Below are positions 10,200 to 19,798 of a stretch of DNA of 64,000 nucleotides, in pieces. The stretch spans positions 32,001-96,000 of IMG/VR virus record IMGVR_UViG_3300013126_000012, one strand, 5' to 3'. The notes under the pieces were generated by a model, which made no database searches, was not told where the DNA came from, and saw nothing but the letters and a program-made list of their open reading frames with translations. Numbering within the stretch: position 1 is the stretch's first letter; each line of letters starts with the position of its first letter. A program made the position numbers and the translations under genes. This DNA is from a virus.

Positions 10200-10625
10200 T
10201 TATTTACCTGTTGATCCAAATCCTCCTAGCCCACGTTTTGTATCTGATAGTGAATCGGTTATTTGCCATTCTATTCGTTCTACACGAGACATAACCAGTT
10301 GTGCAATTCGATCGCCCTTTGCAAATTCGGCAACTGTGCTACTATGATTTATTAAAATAACACCAATTTCTCCTCGATAATCTGAATCAATAGTTCCTGG
10401 CGTATTCAACACGGTTACTCCATGTTTTAAAGCTAAACCACTGCGAGGTCTTACTTGAATTTCAAATCCTGCAGGAATTTCTACAAATAGACCCGTTTTT
10501 GCTAATAGTCGTTCTCCTGGATTCAATACAACTGATTCTGTACATCTTACATCCATACCGGCACTTTGTGGCGTTTCATATGCCGGTAACATATTTTCTG
10601 ATTCGTTTATTACTTGTACTTGCAT
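10200..10625 (-). CDS. dut: Trimeric dUTPase
   Basis: AGMDV, RPRSGLA, GTIDSDYRGE, RIAQL, RGLGGFGSTG; start taken at MQVQV (10625). Confidence 0.95.
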   Translation of the reverse strand: MQVQVINESENMLPAYETPQSAGMDVRCTESVVLNPGERLLAKTGLFVEIPAGFEIQVRPRSGLALKHGVTVLNTPGTIDSDYRGEIGVILINHSSTVAEFAKGDRIAQLVMSRVERIEWQITDSLSDTKRGLGGFGSTGK

Positions 10626-10636
10626 ATTAATTTTAT

Positions 10637-11347
10637 TTAGTTCTGGAGCATCACTAACCAATAAGTTGATTCAAAATCTGCACCCGTAAATTCAATTCGA
10701 GCTAAACCATCTGGTGATACTTTTAATTCTCCGCTATCTCCACGATTTGCTACTAATACTTCTTTTAACTTATCTGCAGAAAAACAAACTGGATCCATTG
10801 TGGCCATTGTTGTTGGACCTACTTCAAATGAAATGTTATCTGCATTGACCGTTGTGTAATTAATAATAAATTTAACTTGTCCGTTAATAACTTGCACTGC
10901 AAAGTTTTTTGCATCTGGTAATGCATTTTTTGCTTTGATAAATTTGCTAACAAATTCTTCATTAACTGGAATAGTAATTTCATAATTAGGTTCTGCATTG
11001 ATTGAAGGTACTGCGGGAATAACTGTTGTGTCAGCTAACATAAAAGTTGCCTGCGTGCTACCTTCTGAAATTTTCATTGCATAATTTTTACCTGCTGCAT
11101 CTTTAACATCGATTGCAATATTCTCACCTAATGCACCTAGCATTTTAATCAAAGCGCCAGTATGATTAATTCCTAACATACCTGTCATGAATGGTGTTGT
11201 ATTCCATTTAATTTTACCTACGATGGTTTGATCTGTATCAATCAATTCGCATCCGATTGAATCTGTTTGTTCTTTTAAAATAACCGCTTCGCAATTGCCT
11301 GCTAAATAATAACGATTAATGAACGATTGTAACTTGCTTTTTTCCAT
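10637..11347 (-). CDS. DNA sliding clamp (T4 gp45/PCNA-like)
   Basis: 236 aa, two-domain beta-rich pattern ending STYWLV; near clamp loader genes. Confidence 0.65.
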   Translation of the reverse strand: MEKSKLQSFINRYYLAGNCEAVILKEQTDSIGCELIDTDQTIVGKIKWNTTPFMTGMLGINHTGALIKMLGALGENIAIDVKDAAGKNYAMKISEGSTQATFMLADTTVIPAVPSINAEPNYEITIPVNEEFVSKFIKAKNALPDAKNFAVQVINGQVKFIINYTTVNADNISFEVGPTTMATMDPVCFSADKLKEVLVANRGDSGELKVSPDGLARIEFTGADFESTYWLVMLQN

Positions 11348-11360
11348 TATTTATTCCAAT

Positions 11361-12620
11361 TTAAAATGTAAAGAATTTATTAAAATTTTCTGCATCAGTG
11401 GTTGATATACTGCTACCACCGAATTTTTTATATGTTTTGATGTATTTTTCATATACTTGCGGAGCCGAGTCTGGATCGGCAAACATTTCGTGCAAAGATA
11501 ATATTACATCATATAAGTCTCTAGGTATTACTGTTTCTAACAATTCAACGTGACTATCAACCATTTGATTGATTTCATTTGCAGCTTGTACATACAAATG
11601 CGTATTGTGAACTACCATTCGGGGCATTGCTTCTTGCGAATAGCGATCCAACCCGTCTGCTGTCTTACCGCCTAAATATTCATAAGTAAAATCTGCACAA
11701 GCCGGGCATCCCATAGAACACGGTACATGTTGAGTTAAGTCAATTGCAACCTCTCCGGTTTTGCCTTGCTTGATATGTGACTTTCTTCGATATTCGGCAT
11801 TCTTTGGAAAATACAATTCAGAGAATGATTGTGACTTGTAATTTGTTGAATGAAGATATGTTCCAAATACTGGATATTGTCCTGGAGATGAAGAATCTGT
11901 TGTGATATAAATTCTATTACCAGTTAATTCATTCATTAATTTTTGCAATGTAGCCAAAATAAAGAAATCTGAAATTTTACTAATACCAAGTAAGTGAACA
12001 TATTCTAATCGTTTATTTTCAAATTCTCGCTCTTTGAGCATCAAAGAAACTGCAAACATGAAATCAACTAATTTCTGCGGACCTCCAATTGCCCAACCTT
12101 GAAAATCAAAATGCTTAAATTTATGATACCACCAAGTATACTCATCTGCATTTGAACCTTGCAACATGTTTAAGAATTTTGTCTTGCCGCTTTGATTTTT
12201 TTCAAACCAAGCAAAATTATCAAAACTAATGTCAGCACAAAGTGCAAATTGATTTTTGTATTTTGTCTTAGGTGGGATATCTAAATTAGCTGCAACATCG
12301 CTGTTTGCTTCTAACCAATGAAAAATCTTTTCTCGCAATTCATTGCTATATGGTAATGCACCCGTTGCAATCTGATACCCGCCCGAGTCACCAAATACTA
12401 GCACATCTTTTTCTAATCCCATTTGATCGCGGAAATCCATTTTCTTGTAATGATGTCCTGCTGTAACCAGAAAGTATGGATGTCTCCAATCTGCAGGATA
12501 TCTAGAATCAAAGAATTTTACCGGATCGCCGCTTGTAAATTTCATATCTTTCTTAAATGCAGATACCATGCTGCCTGCAGATAAAGATGGAAAGTATATG
12601 AATCTTTTATTTTCGCTCAT
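11361..12620 (-). CDS. dpdA: DpdA/TGT-fold guanine transglycosylase
   Basis: FGDSGGYQ, LDIPP, WAIGG, VHLLG, DSSS, Zn site PCSMGCPAC...HN; same region as folE/queD/queE. Confidence 0.8.
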   Translation of the reverse strand: MSENKRFIYFPSLSAGSMVSAFKKDMKFTSGDPVKFFDSRYPADWRHPYFLVTAGHHYKKMDFRDQMGLEKDVLVFGDSGGYQIATGALPYSNELREKIFHWLEANSDVAANLDIPPKTKYKNQFALCADISFDNFAWFEKNQSGKTKFLNMLQGSNADEYTWWYHKFKHFDFQGWAIGGPQKLVDFMFAVSLMLKEREFENKRLEYVHLLGISKISDFFILATLQKLMNELTGNRIYITTDSSSPGQYPVFGTYLHSTNYKSQSFSELYFPKNAEYRRKSHIKQGKTGEVAIDLTQHVPCSMGCPACADFTYEYLGGKTADGLDRYSQEAMPRMVVHNTHLYVQAANEINQMVDSHVELLETVIPRDLYDVILSLHEMFADPDSAPQVYEKYIKTYKKFGGSSISTTDAENFNKFFTF

Positions 12621-13635
12621 CGTAGTCCTTTAAAGTATTAATTAATTTAGTTGCTGAAAAAAAGTTATTATGTAATTTTATTGCCAATTGTGCAATAGGT
12701 TCCGTTAAATCTTGTTGTTCGTATTGCAAAATTGCTTTTACTGCAGAATCAACGCTGTCTGCTTGTTTAAACATATAATCATACATTTCTACATATGACA
12801 ATCTATTTGGAACTATAGGGCATGCACCGGCACAAGCTGATTCATACATTGAAATGCCCAATGTTTCTTGATCTGCAAATGAAACTGCAAATCGTGCACG
12901 TTGAAGCAATTCATGATATTGTTGTTTATTTAAATTCATTTCCATTGCAACGCAAAATTGATAATGTTGCAATTCTGGACGAGCTGCCAATTCTAAAAAT
13001 AAATCTAAACGTTTTTCTGGTGCAATGCGATGCGGGAATACAATGATATTTTCTTTTTGTGACCAAATGCGAGATGCAATCATATTGTGGGTATATTCCA
13101 TTGGCCAACCTGTTTTGTTAAAAGATCTGTCGTGTGAAATATAATATGTTTTACTCATTAATTTAAAATGTGCTGCAGTTGCAATCCAATTATGATCATA
13201 TGCCGCAATCATTGCTTGTTCAGCGTGTCTAATCCATGGTTTATCTCCTACGAGACGACCTAAAAAGTCATTTGGGTCATATGAACCCGCGTGCCAAAGT
13301 CCGTGCGTTACAACGGGAATATTTAGGAGTTCGCTCATGTATTTAACATTGATAATACCTGGATGCCAAGCATCTGTAAATATGATATGATCGCCTTCTT
13401 GTATGTGTCCGCGAGTAAACATATATGACAATGTATGTACTTGTTTTGCTTTATACATATTAGTGCCACCAAAGTTTAAAAATGCACCTGGTGTCGTTGC
13501 TTCCGGAATATTTGAATCTCCTTCTACTACAACTACTTCAAAACCAACGTCTTCTAACAATTTAGGTATATGTGTCTTCCATTCGCAAGTATAACGCGTA
13601 GGAACTGATTCTATGTCAACTAAAAATATTTTCAT
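12607..13635 (-). CDS. GT-B glycosyltransferase overlapping dpdA
   Basis: FPHRIAPEKR, QETLGISMYE (EX7E), PIVPNRLSYVEM. Confidence 0.82.
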   Translation of the reverse strand: MKIFLVDIESVPTRYTCEWKTHIPKLLEDVGFEVVVVEGDSNIPEATTPGAFLNFGGTNMYKAKQVHTLSYMFTRGHIQEGDHIIFTDAWHPGIINVKYMSELLNIPVVTHGLWHAGSYDPNDFLGRLVGDKPWIRHAEQAMIAAYDHNWIATAAHFKLMSKTYYISHDRSFNKTGWPMEYTHNMIASRIWSQKENIIVFPHRIAPEKRLDLFLELAARPELQHYQFCVAMEMNLNKQQYHELLQRARFAVSFADQETLGISMYESACAGACPIVPNRLSYVEMYDYMFKQADSVDSAVKAILQYEQQDLTEPIAQLAIKLHNNFFSATKLINTLKDYDERK

Positions 13636-13640
13636 AACTT

Positions 13641-13669
13641 ATTATATAAAATTATTATATCATATCCAA
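13641..13669 (-). promoter_or_regulatory. Class I promoter TTGGAT-N17-TATAAT for GT-dpdA
   Basis: Exact spacing; ATG 5 nt after the -10. Confidence 0.7.
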
Positions 13670-14239
13670 ATAATGTTGAATATGTTCTGGAATATAAATA
13701 ATTTTTTCTCGTTTTTTTGAATTTTCAATTCCTGGTATGATTTGTAAATTTTTTATATCTCCTATTAATTCAGCAGGAATTTTATTATCAAATCCTTTAG
13801 ATTTAGGATAAATATGATCAATCGCATATCCGCCAATTGATATATGTCCAATTTTATCAAAATTTTCTAATGTGTGTAATGGTTGTTTTTTTGTAATTCG
13901 TAAAACTTCTAATATATACAAATATCTGTCATCTTTTGTTTCGGCCCATTGTTCTGCTGTCATTCCAAATTGTGCCAAAAAATATTTATCCCGATACTGT
14001 AAATCAAACATTGGATTATTTTCTTTTAACCATTTACTATGCTCTGGGCGTTGTTTTCCTTTACTCCAAGCAGGTTTACCATACATTGGATTATTTTGTC
14101 CCGTAGATGAACAACTTTTACATACTCTAAATTTTTTTTCAGCTTCCCGGGACGTTTTTATATGATTTTTTCCATTATACTTTAATTCAGTATTACAAAG
14201 AGGACATGAACGTAAACTATATGTATCTAAATGTTTCAT
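13655..14239 (-). mobile_element. HNH homing endonuclease
   Basis: CPLC/CKSC, NPMYGKPAWSKG NUMOD-like, YAIDHIYP...NLQIIPGIENSKK; AT-rich; splits the modification module. Confidence 0.8.
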
Positions 14240-14265
14240 TTAATATAAATATAACATATGTTCAA

Positions 14266-14290
14266 AATCTTCCCTAATCTTCCCTAATCT
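14266..14290. repeat. 10-bp tandem direct repeat (AATCTTCCCT x2.5) at HNH insertion boundary
   Basis: aatcttccct aatcttccct aatct overlapping the stop of the 14284 gene. Confidence 0.75.
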
Positions 14291-14637
14291 CGCTCAACAA
14301 CACAACCATTTTCCCAATCTTCCCAAACTTCTACTTTGTAAAGAGCCGGAAAACGTTCTAATAACCATTCTCCGATTGCTTCGCACGACATTGAACCAAA
14401 CTCTAATACATTGGGAGTTTCTTTTGTAAATCCAATTCGAAGTTCTTTTTGTATTTTTCTATTTAACAGGATAAATTCTTCATCGCGATCTGTATGTGTT
14501 ACTCGTGCATAACAACGAAATCCAAACATATGTCGATGTCGATCTGATAAGAATTCTACTTCCGGAAAAATGTCTTTTGCATCGGGCCAACAATGAAACC
14601 CTTCAATATTAAATGTTACTACTACGCTGTACTTCAT
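14284..14637 (-). CDS. QueD-like T-fold paralog, DpdL-like (putative CDG decarboxylase)
   Basis: EGFHCW, LSDRHRHMF (LxxxHRHxF), SCEAIG, VEVWED; lacks the catalytic Cys of the QueD CxxxHG motif. Confidence 0.7.
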   Translation of the reverse strand: MKYSVVVTFNIEGFHCWPDAKDIFPEVEFLSDRHRHMFGFRCYARVTHTDRDEEFILLNRKIQKELRIGFTKETPNVLEFGSMSCEAIGEWLLERFPALYKVEVWEDWENGCVVERD

Positions 14638-15025
14638 CTGCTATTAATTTTTTATATTTAGTTGTTGACCAACCATGGTCTCTGTTTAAGTATCGAATTG
14701 GAAGATCTAAATCATCGCCAGTAAATGATTTACCAATGTAATCATCGCCTAGGAATCTAACATTAAAGTTTCCTTTAACTAGAGCTTCATATAACTGAGC
14801 TTCCGTTTTATATGGAAATACAAAATCAACTTGTACAAGTGAATCAAGTATTTTTACTCGGTCGCTCCAATGTAATATTGGTTTAAGTTTTTCTGGTCGT
14901 TCAATGGATGGATCTTCGTGTAAACATACTATTAATTTATCGCAGTGCTTTTTGCATTCATCAAACATTGCAATATACCCGGGGTGTATTACGTCAAAAT
15001 TTCCTGCTATAACTCCTCTTATCAT
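14609..15025 (-). CDS. Cytidylyltransferase (TagD/RfaE-like)
   Basis: AGNFDVIHPGY (HxGH-like), KPI...R, GDDY, HGWSTT. Confidence 0.88.
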   Translation of the reverse strand: MIRGVIAGNFDVIHPGYIAMFDECKKHCDKLIVCLHEDPSIERPEKLKPILHWSDRVKILDSLVQVDFVFPYKTEAQLYEALVKGNFNVRFLGDDYIGKSFTGDDLDLPIRYLNRDHGWSTTKYKKLIADEVQRSSNI

Positions 15026-15444
15026 TGTCTATCAAATTTGTAATCATCTGGAGTAACATGTTGCATATTGTGCACGGTTGTACAATACAATGAATAATCT
15101 GCATATACAACTTTGATGCTATCTGTTTTCTTTAACAATGCAGCATCTTCACAATCTAACATCAATAAGATGTGTGCTCGAATTCTAATCATCGGCGGAA
15201 CATGTTTCAACATGCCCGGAGTAACTTCTATGGTAACAAATGTAGTATCCGTTATCATATCAAATATTGAACTCCACGCTTTACGATCAACTAATTGCTG
15301 CGTTGCAGGCGAACAAATATAAATGTGCGCGCAAGGAGTCAATTTTTCATGTGTTGCTTTCATATCCGCAATGAATAGCGTTTCGATATCGGTAAATCGT
15401 CCTTCAACTTCTTTACCATACCAATGTGTCTTATAACCAATCAT
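15022..15444 (-). CDS. Hypothetical protein, first gene of the modification module
   Basis: WYGKEVEGRFTDIETLFI; ATGA-coupled to the cytidylyltransferase. Confidence 0.65.
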   Translation of the reverse strand: MIGYKTHWYGKEVEGRFTDIETLFIADMKATHEKLTPCAHIYICSPATQQLVDRKAWSSIFDMITDTTFVTIEVTPGMLKHVPPMIRIRAHILLMLDCEDAALLKKTDSIKVVYADYSLYCTTVHNMQHVTPDDYKFDRQ

Positions 15445-15449
15445 ACTTT

Positions 15450-15478
15450 ATTATAATAAATTTATTCTTATTTTCCAA
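15450..15478 (-). promoter_or_regulatory. Class I promoter TTGGAA-N17-TATAAT for the modification module
   Basis: Exact spacing; ATG 5 nt after the -10. Confidence 0.7.
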
Positions 15479-17984
15479 ATGAAAAAAACTTTGCCACTGA
15501 ATTATTTTCTGGAAATGCTCCCCAATTCATTGCAGCATAAAAATCATCCAATTTATTTTTTAATTCTTTTTCAAATATTTTGTTTCGATCTATATATTGT
15601 GTAACAAATTCTTCAATTTCTTTTGGATCTTGATAGCCTCGCAATGCCATTGTATCAAATCCATATGGATTATCTGATAAGTATGCCCATTTTACTTTTT
15701 CTCCGTTTTGAATAGGTTGGATGTCTCGGATTTTATGCAATGTTAATAAATCATTGAAATTGATTGCTGACTTAACATGTGCCGGAGTTCCAGATACATA
15801 TCCAGTAAATGGTTTGCGACCTTTTGTGAATTTTGATATTTCTTTGACACCTGAATTCTTCATTACATTGAGTACGGGTGATTTCTGTATGTTGCGTTTA
15901 AATTCATGTATCATATCCGTTGTAGCAGTCTTATCTCGTTCTTTAAGAATATGCCACAATGTTTCTTTCATGATTTTTTTGAAATCTTCTGGAAATGATG
16001 ATCTAACAACATCTAATCCTTTGATATCTAATTTATCCGTAGGTTTGCCTTCCTTAAAAATTACCCATTGTGCATATCGTTTCTTTGCAATCCATAAACC
16101 AGATTTTGCAACATATTCTTGTTTGATTTGCCAACGATGCGATGTGGTATTATGAAATACTTCAGCATATCGATCATACATTTGATTTACCAATGCTTGT
16201 ACTTCTGATGCAATTGCATTGGTTTGTGCAATCATAAATTGTTCGTCTGATTCATCATATCCAGGAAACCGTTTTGCAATAAGTGGCAAGCTAGATACAA
16301 ATGTTGAATCTGTATCTGTATAAAAAGCAAATTCTGCTTTGCCATTAGTTGCATTAACAAAATGATCTTGTCCCGTCTCTTTTGCATAATGATTGTTAAT
16401 TACCTTTGCTGAAAATTTGATTACTGCTTGACCAGTTGCCGTAATAGCACCTGCATTATCTAAATCATGAAACCGAAACGTTTTAAGTCCCAATACTCCA
16501 TAAAATGAATTAAGAAGTACTTTTTGTGTTAACTGCATTGCATCGTAGAATTTATATTCTTCTGACCCTACTTCATATTCATCTCGTTTGTCTTTAAATT
16601 CAACCCGTTCATTAAACCATTTTTCTAGAATGGTTGGTAAGAATCCTCTTCGGTCATTTGTGTAAACTGTGCCATTACTTGCAACTGTATAATTATTATC
16701 AGATAACCATGCTTTAACGTGTGGAACATAAGTACCATTTTGTAATGTTATTTGTTGTGGGTCTGATTTCAATAAGCATTCTTGGTCCCAATTTTGAATT
16801 ACGCCTAATTTAGTTTCAGGAGAAATATTCAAACTCATAATGATGCTTGGATAAAGTGACGTTAAATCTAAGTCATAAATCCATTTGTATAATCCTGGTA
16901 CGGGATCTTTTACATATGCTCCAGCAAGTGCATCTGCTTCCGTTTCTTCTTCAACAAATCTAAATTGTTTGTTAGGAGCAACTAATCCATTGCGTTTCAA
17001 ATCTACAATTGCAGCACCATCCAAATATTTGGATGCATAATATACATCCTCATATGGAACGTGCCCTTTATGGCATATGGTTCTTGCAAGTGCAATTAAT
17101 TGCAATTTGTCATCCATTTCATAAATAAGATCAACGTCGGTAACGTTATATTCTACAAATTTATGAATGTCTTCTGCAAACAATTGATCTAAATCTCCTT
17201 CATATTCAACCTTACCTCTGCCCAATTCCTTTTTAGCAACCGTGTCTAATCGATAATTTGGTAATTCAGTGTATGTAAACTTTTTATACAATGTTAAATA
17301 ATCTAAACTAGATACGCCAAATATTTTGTATCGACCTCTATTTTTATTCCATTCAACGATACCTGCAGGAGATAACTTTTTAATTGCCTGTGCACCTAAT
17401 ACTTTTTTAATGCGATTGATCAGATATGGAATATCGAAATTATCCGTATTCCAACCTGTAATTACTGTGGGTTGTATTTCTGCAAATGCATTGATAAAAC
17501 GCATCAACATGTTTGCTTCTGAATCAAATATTTCTACCTGATATTTATTAGTAGCAAATGAATCGTGTTTCACTCTTCTTTCTTCATCTAACAGCAAAAC
17601 TTGCATGGTACGCCCAGCTTTATCATAATATGCAATGGACGTTATTCGCGAACGAGCTTCTTCAGGAGTCGAATACCCATCTTCGTCCCGCTCTACTTCG
17701 ATATCAAAGAAAAAGTCTCTATGTCCTTTGGAAACTAAATCGCTTTCGTAATAAAGGTCGATAAGCGTACGCATTTCTTCGTTTAAATCAGATTCATATG
17801 CAGTAGCATTGTCTTTCCAATTGCCATCAACCCGATCCAATCGCACGCCATCTAATGATTGATATTGTCCTGTATCTGATGGTAAATATGCATACGGTTT
17901 GAATGGGAACTTTTGATGTCCTAACTCATCATCCCATACGTGCATAATACCAGTTTTTTTATCGTAACCTATTGCTTGAAACAT
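15468..17984 (-). CDS. Family B DNA polymerase with 3'-5' exonuclease
   Basis: FFDIEV, GWNTDNFDIPY, YNVTDV, DLTSLYPS, KVLLNSFYG, YTDTDS, KKRYA. Confidence 0.96.
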   Translation of the reverse strand: MFQAIGYDKKTGIMHVWDDELGHQKFPFKPYAYLPSDTGQYQSLDGVRLDRVDGNWKDNATAYESDLNEEMRTLIDLYYESDLVSKGHRDFFFDIEVERDEDGYSTPEEARSRITSIAYYDKAGRTMQVLLLDEERRVKHDSFATNKYQVEIFDSEANMLMRFINAFAEIQPTVITGWNTDNFDIPYLINRIKKVLGAQAIKKLSPAGIVEWNKNRGRYKIFGVSSLDYLTLYKKFTYTELPNYRLDTVAKKELGRGKVEYEGDLDQLFAEDIHKFVEYNVTDVDLIYEMDDKLQLIALARTICHKGHVPYEDVYYASKYLDGAAIVDLKRNGLVAPNKQFRFVEEETEADALAGAYVKDPVPGLYKWIYDLDLTSLYPSIIMSLNISPETKLGVIQNWDQECLLKSDPQQITLQNGTYVPHVKAWLSDNNYTVASNGTVYTNDRRGFLPTILEKWFNERVEFKDKRDEYEVGSEEYKFYDAMQLTQKVLLNSFYGVLGLKTFRFHDLDNAGAITATGQAVIKFSAKVINNHYAKETGQDHFVNATNGKAEFAFYTDTDSTFVSSLPLIAKRFPGYDESDEQFMIAQTNAIASEVQALVNQMYDRYAEVFHNTTSHRWQIKQEYVAKSGLWIAKKRYAQWVIFKEGKPTDKLDIKGLDVVRSSFPEDFKKIMKETLWHILKERDKTATTDMIHEFKRNIQKSPVLNVMKNSGVKEISKFTKGRKPFTGYVSGTPAHVKSAINFNDLLTLHKIRDIQPIQNGEKVKWAYLSDNPYGFDTMALRGYQDPKEIEEFVTQYIDRNKIFEKELKNKLDDFYAAMNWGAFPENNSVAKFFSFGK

Positions 17985-17997
17985 TAATCCTTTTGTT

Positions 17998-18219
17998 TTA
18001 TGATTTTTTCAGTAATCTATAAATTCCATAAACATTGATTGCAATTATAACTAAACTTAAAACTAGATGACTGTAATTGTCAATAAAAAAATCATATGTA
18101 ATCCAACCAGTATCACCAACGATCCATGTAATCATTGCGGCTTTTGTCCAGCCTCTTGCATTTGAAATGTATCCAGCTAATACCAAAGCTGTACTAAACC
18201 ATCCTAACGTTTCTATCAT
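17998..18219 (-). CDS. Small three-TM membrane protein (PnuC/SemiSWEET-like half transporter?)
   Basis: Three hydrophobic stretches; LGW...W...N.YG.Y pattern. Confidence 0.5.
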   Translation of the reverse strand: MIETLGWFSTALVLAGYISNARGWTKAAMITWIVGDTGWITYDFFIDNYSHLVLSLVIIAINVYGIYRLLKKS

Positions 18220-18512
18220 TATTGTTTAATTAAAGCAATTTCAGATTCTCGAACCAATTGATATTTTTCTCCGGCAATTGAAACTTCTTTGTGATCTCCA
18301 ATTTGGTTGGAATGAATCATAACTTCATCGCCTTCTGCAACAGTCATTGGAATTCTGGTACCTGTAGCAGTAAAAAGTCCTGGTCCTATTTTTACAACGT
18401 CTGCATAACGATAATCATTTGTGCCGGTCATTATGATAATGCCGCTGGTTGTTTTGTCTGTTTTTTCGTGTAATTTTAGTAACACTTGATCTCCGGTTGG
18501 TAACCAATTCAT
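18219..18512 (-). CDS. groES: Co-chaperonin GroES-like
   Basis: PTGDQVLL, TTSGII, VVKIGPG, V.EGDEV, LVRESEIA. Confidence 0.9.
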   Translation of the reverse strand: MNWLPTGDQVLLKLHEKTDKTTSGIIIMTGTNDYRYADVVKIGPGLFTATGTRIPMTVAEGDEVMIHSNQIGDHKEVSIAGEKYQLVRESEIALIKQ

Positions 18513-18526
18513 AACTTATTCCTTTT

Positions 18527-18772
18527 TTAATTAAACATTTTTCTAATTGCATCTTCCGTAATGATATTGCCTACAATGCGACCAATTCCATAGTCATCCA
18601 TCGTAATAATTACACACGGAACACTTTTTACTCCATACTTATCACAAGTTAATTTATTTGCATCAACATCAATAATTTGTATAGGAAGTTCTGCTGCCAA
18701 TTTTTCTATTCTAGGTCTTAATGCCTTGCAAGGTTCACACCATGATGCTGTAAAATAAAGTATTTTTTTCAT
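18527..18772 (-). CDS. Thioredoxin
   Basis: FTASWCEPCK, YGVKSVP. Confidence 0.9.
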   Translation of the reverse strand: MKKILYFTASWCEPCKALRPRIEKLAAELPIQIIDVDANKLTCDKYGVKSVPCVIITMDDYGIGRIVGNIITEDAIRKMFN

Positions 18773-18828
18773 CGTATCTCGTATATTATTTTAACGTCGC
18801 CAAACGTTGTTGTGGTTGTCCAATTCAT
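18769..18828 (-). CDS. Candidate 19-aa microprotein MNWTTTTTFGDVKIIYEIR
   Basis: ATGA overlaps with both neighbours and exactly fills the gap. Confidence 0.45.
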   Translation of the reverse strand: MNWTTTTTFGDVKIIYEIR

Positions 18829-18986
18829 TTTTCTTCCAATTGATCAATTAAAAATCGTAATCTGTTAATTTCTGTAATAACATCATCACCCAACTCTATT
18901 TTAGACATCATGGATAAATCTATTACTTGCGTTTCTAAAACTTTGATTAATTCTCGTTGCGCGTTTATTAAATCTTCTTTATTCAT
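18825..18986 (-). CDS. Small coiled-coil protein, 53 aa (not in ORF track)
   Basis: MNKEDLINAQRELIKVLETQVIDLSMMSKIELGDDVITEINRLRFLIDQLEEK; TAATG overlap with queE. Confidence 0.65.
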   Translation of the reverse strand: MNKEDLINAQRELIKVLETQVIDLSMMSKIELGDDVITEINRLRFLIDQLEEK

Positions 18987-19798
18987 TATACTCCTCGTTT
19001 AGTGTCAAATGCAATGATATGATCTCTGCCTGTCATATTATATCCTTTCTCAGCACACATATCAAATACCACAGGATACATTTTTATTAATTCTTCTCTG
19101 TTATCACCCGCGGGCATTATAAATGTTTTAGATTTTGGAATATTATGTAATACTCTAAATTCTTCAATTTCTTCTAGATTATACGCTGTGCCATCCCATA
19201 CTGGTTTATAATGATAATCTGCGTGAAATGCAATCATCTGTTTGATTGCTTCGTGATTGAGACGAAATTTATTGTGTTGCGCCACCATCTTTTCATCCGT
19301 AATCGTCCCTTGCGGCGTAGCAACACCCACACGGGGAACGCTATTATCAAACTTAGGACTAAGACTAATAAGCCCAATAGGATAATCGGTAGCAATAAAA
19401 TGCGAGCCTTCTGTTTCAATCGTGATAAGAATGTTTCTTTCATGTGCAAAATGAGTTAATTCATTTACCAAAGCCGGATGCATTGTCGGCGAACCACCAG
19501 TTAACATCATTTCTTTGATGTGTGGATTTTCATCGTATATCTTTATGATATCATTGAATGTAAATGTGCCTTTTTCTGGATGGATACTTGTATACCATGA
19601 ATCGCACCAACCGCCTTCACCAAACCAACATCTATGCGTACAGCCCGTAGTTCGTACTGCAATTGTTGGTCGTCCAAATCGGCTACCCTCTGACTGTACG
19701 CATCGATACAATTCTACTATTGGTAGTGTTTTGTTGTAATCTGTTATTCTTTTAGAAGGGGAGGTCGTCATCGTGGTACTCATTACTATTGGTAACAT
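18986..19798 (-). CDS. queE: 7-carboxy-7-deazaguanine synthase (radical SAM)
   Basis: VQSEG, RTTGCTHRC...WCDS, LTGGSP, IETEG, SLSPK; true start may be near 19771. Confidence 0.92.
   Translation of the reverse strand: MLPIVMSTTMTTSPSKRITDYNKTLPIVELYRCVQSEGSRFGRPTIAVRTTGCTHRCWFGEGGWCDSWYTSIHPEKGTFTFNDIIKIYDENPHIKEMMLTGGSPTMHPALVNELTHFAHERNILITIETEGSHFIATDYPIGLISLSPKFDNSVPRVGVATPQGTITDEKMVAQHNKFRLNHEAIKQMIAFHADYHYKPVWDGTAYNLEEIEEFRVLHNIPKSKTFIMPAGDNREELIKMYPVVFDMCAEKGYNMTGRDHIIAFDTKRGV

Noticed and set aside
11361-12620. Complete queuosine tRNA pathway
   Set aside because: No queC, queF, queA or queG and no tRNA genes seen; replication-module context favours DNA modification, though genes outside the window cannot be excluded
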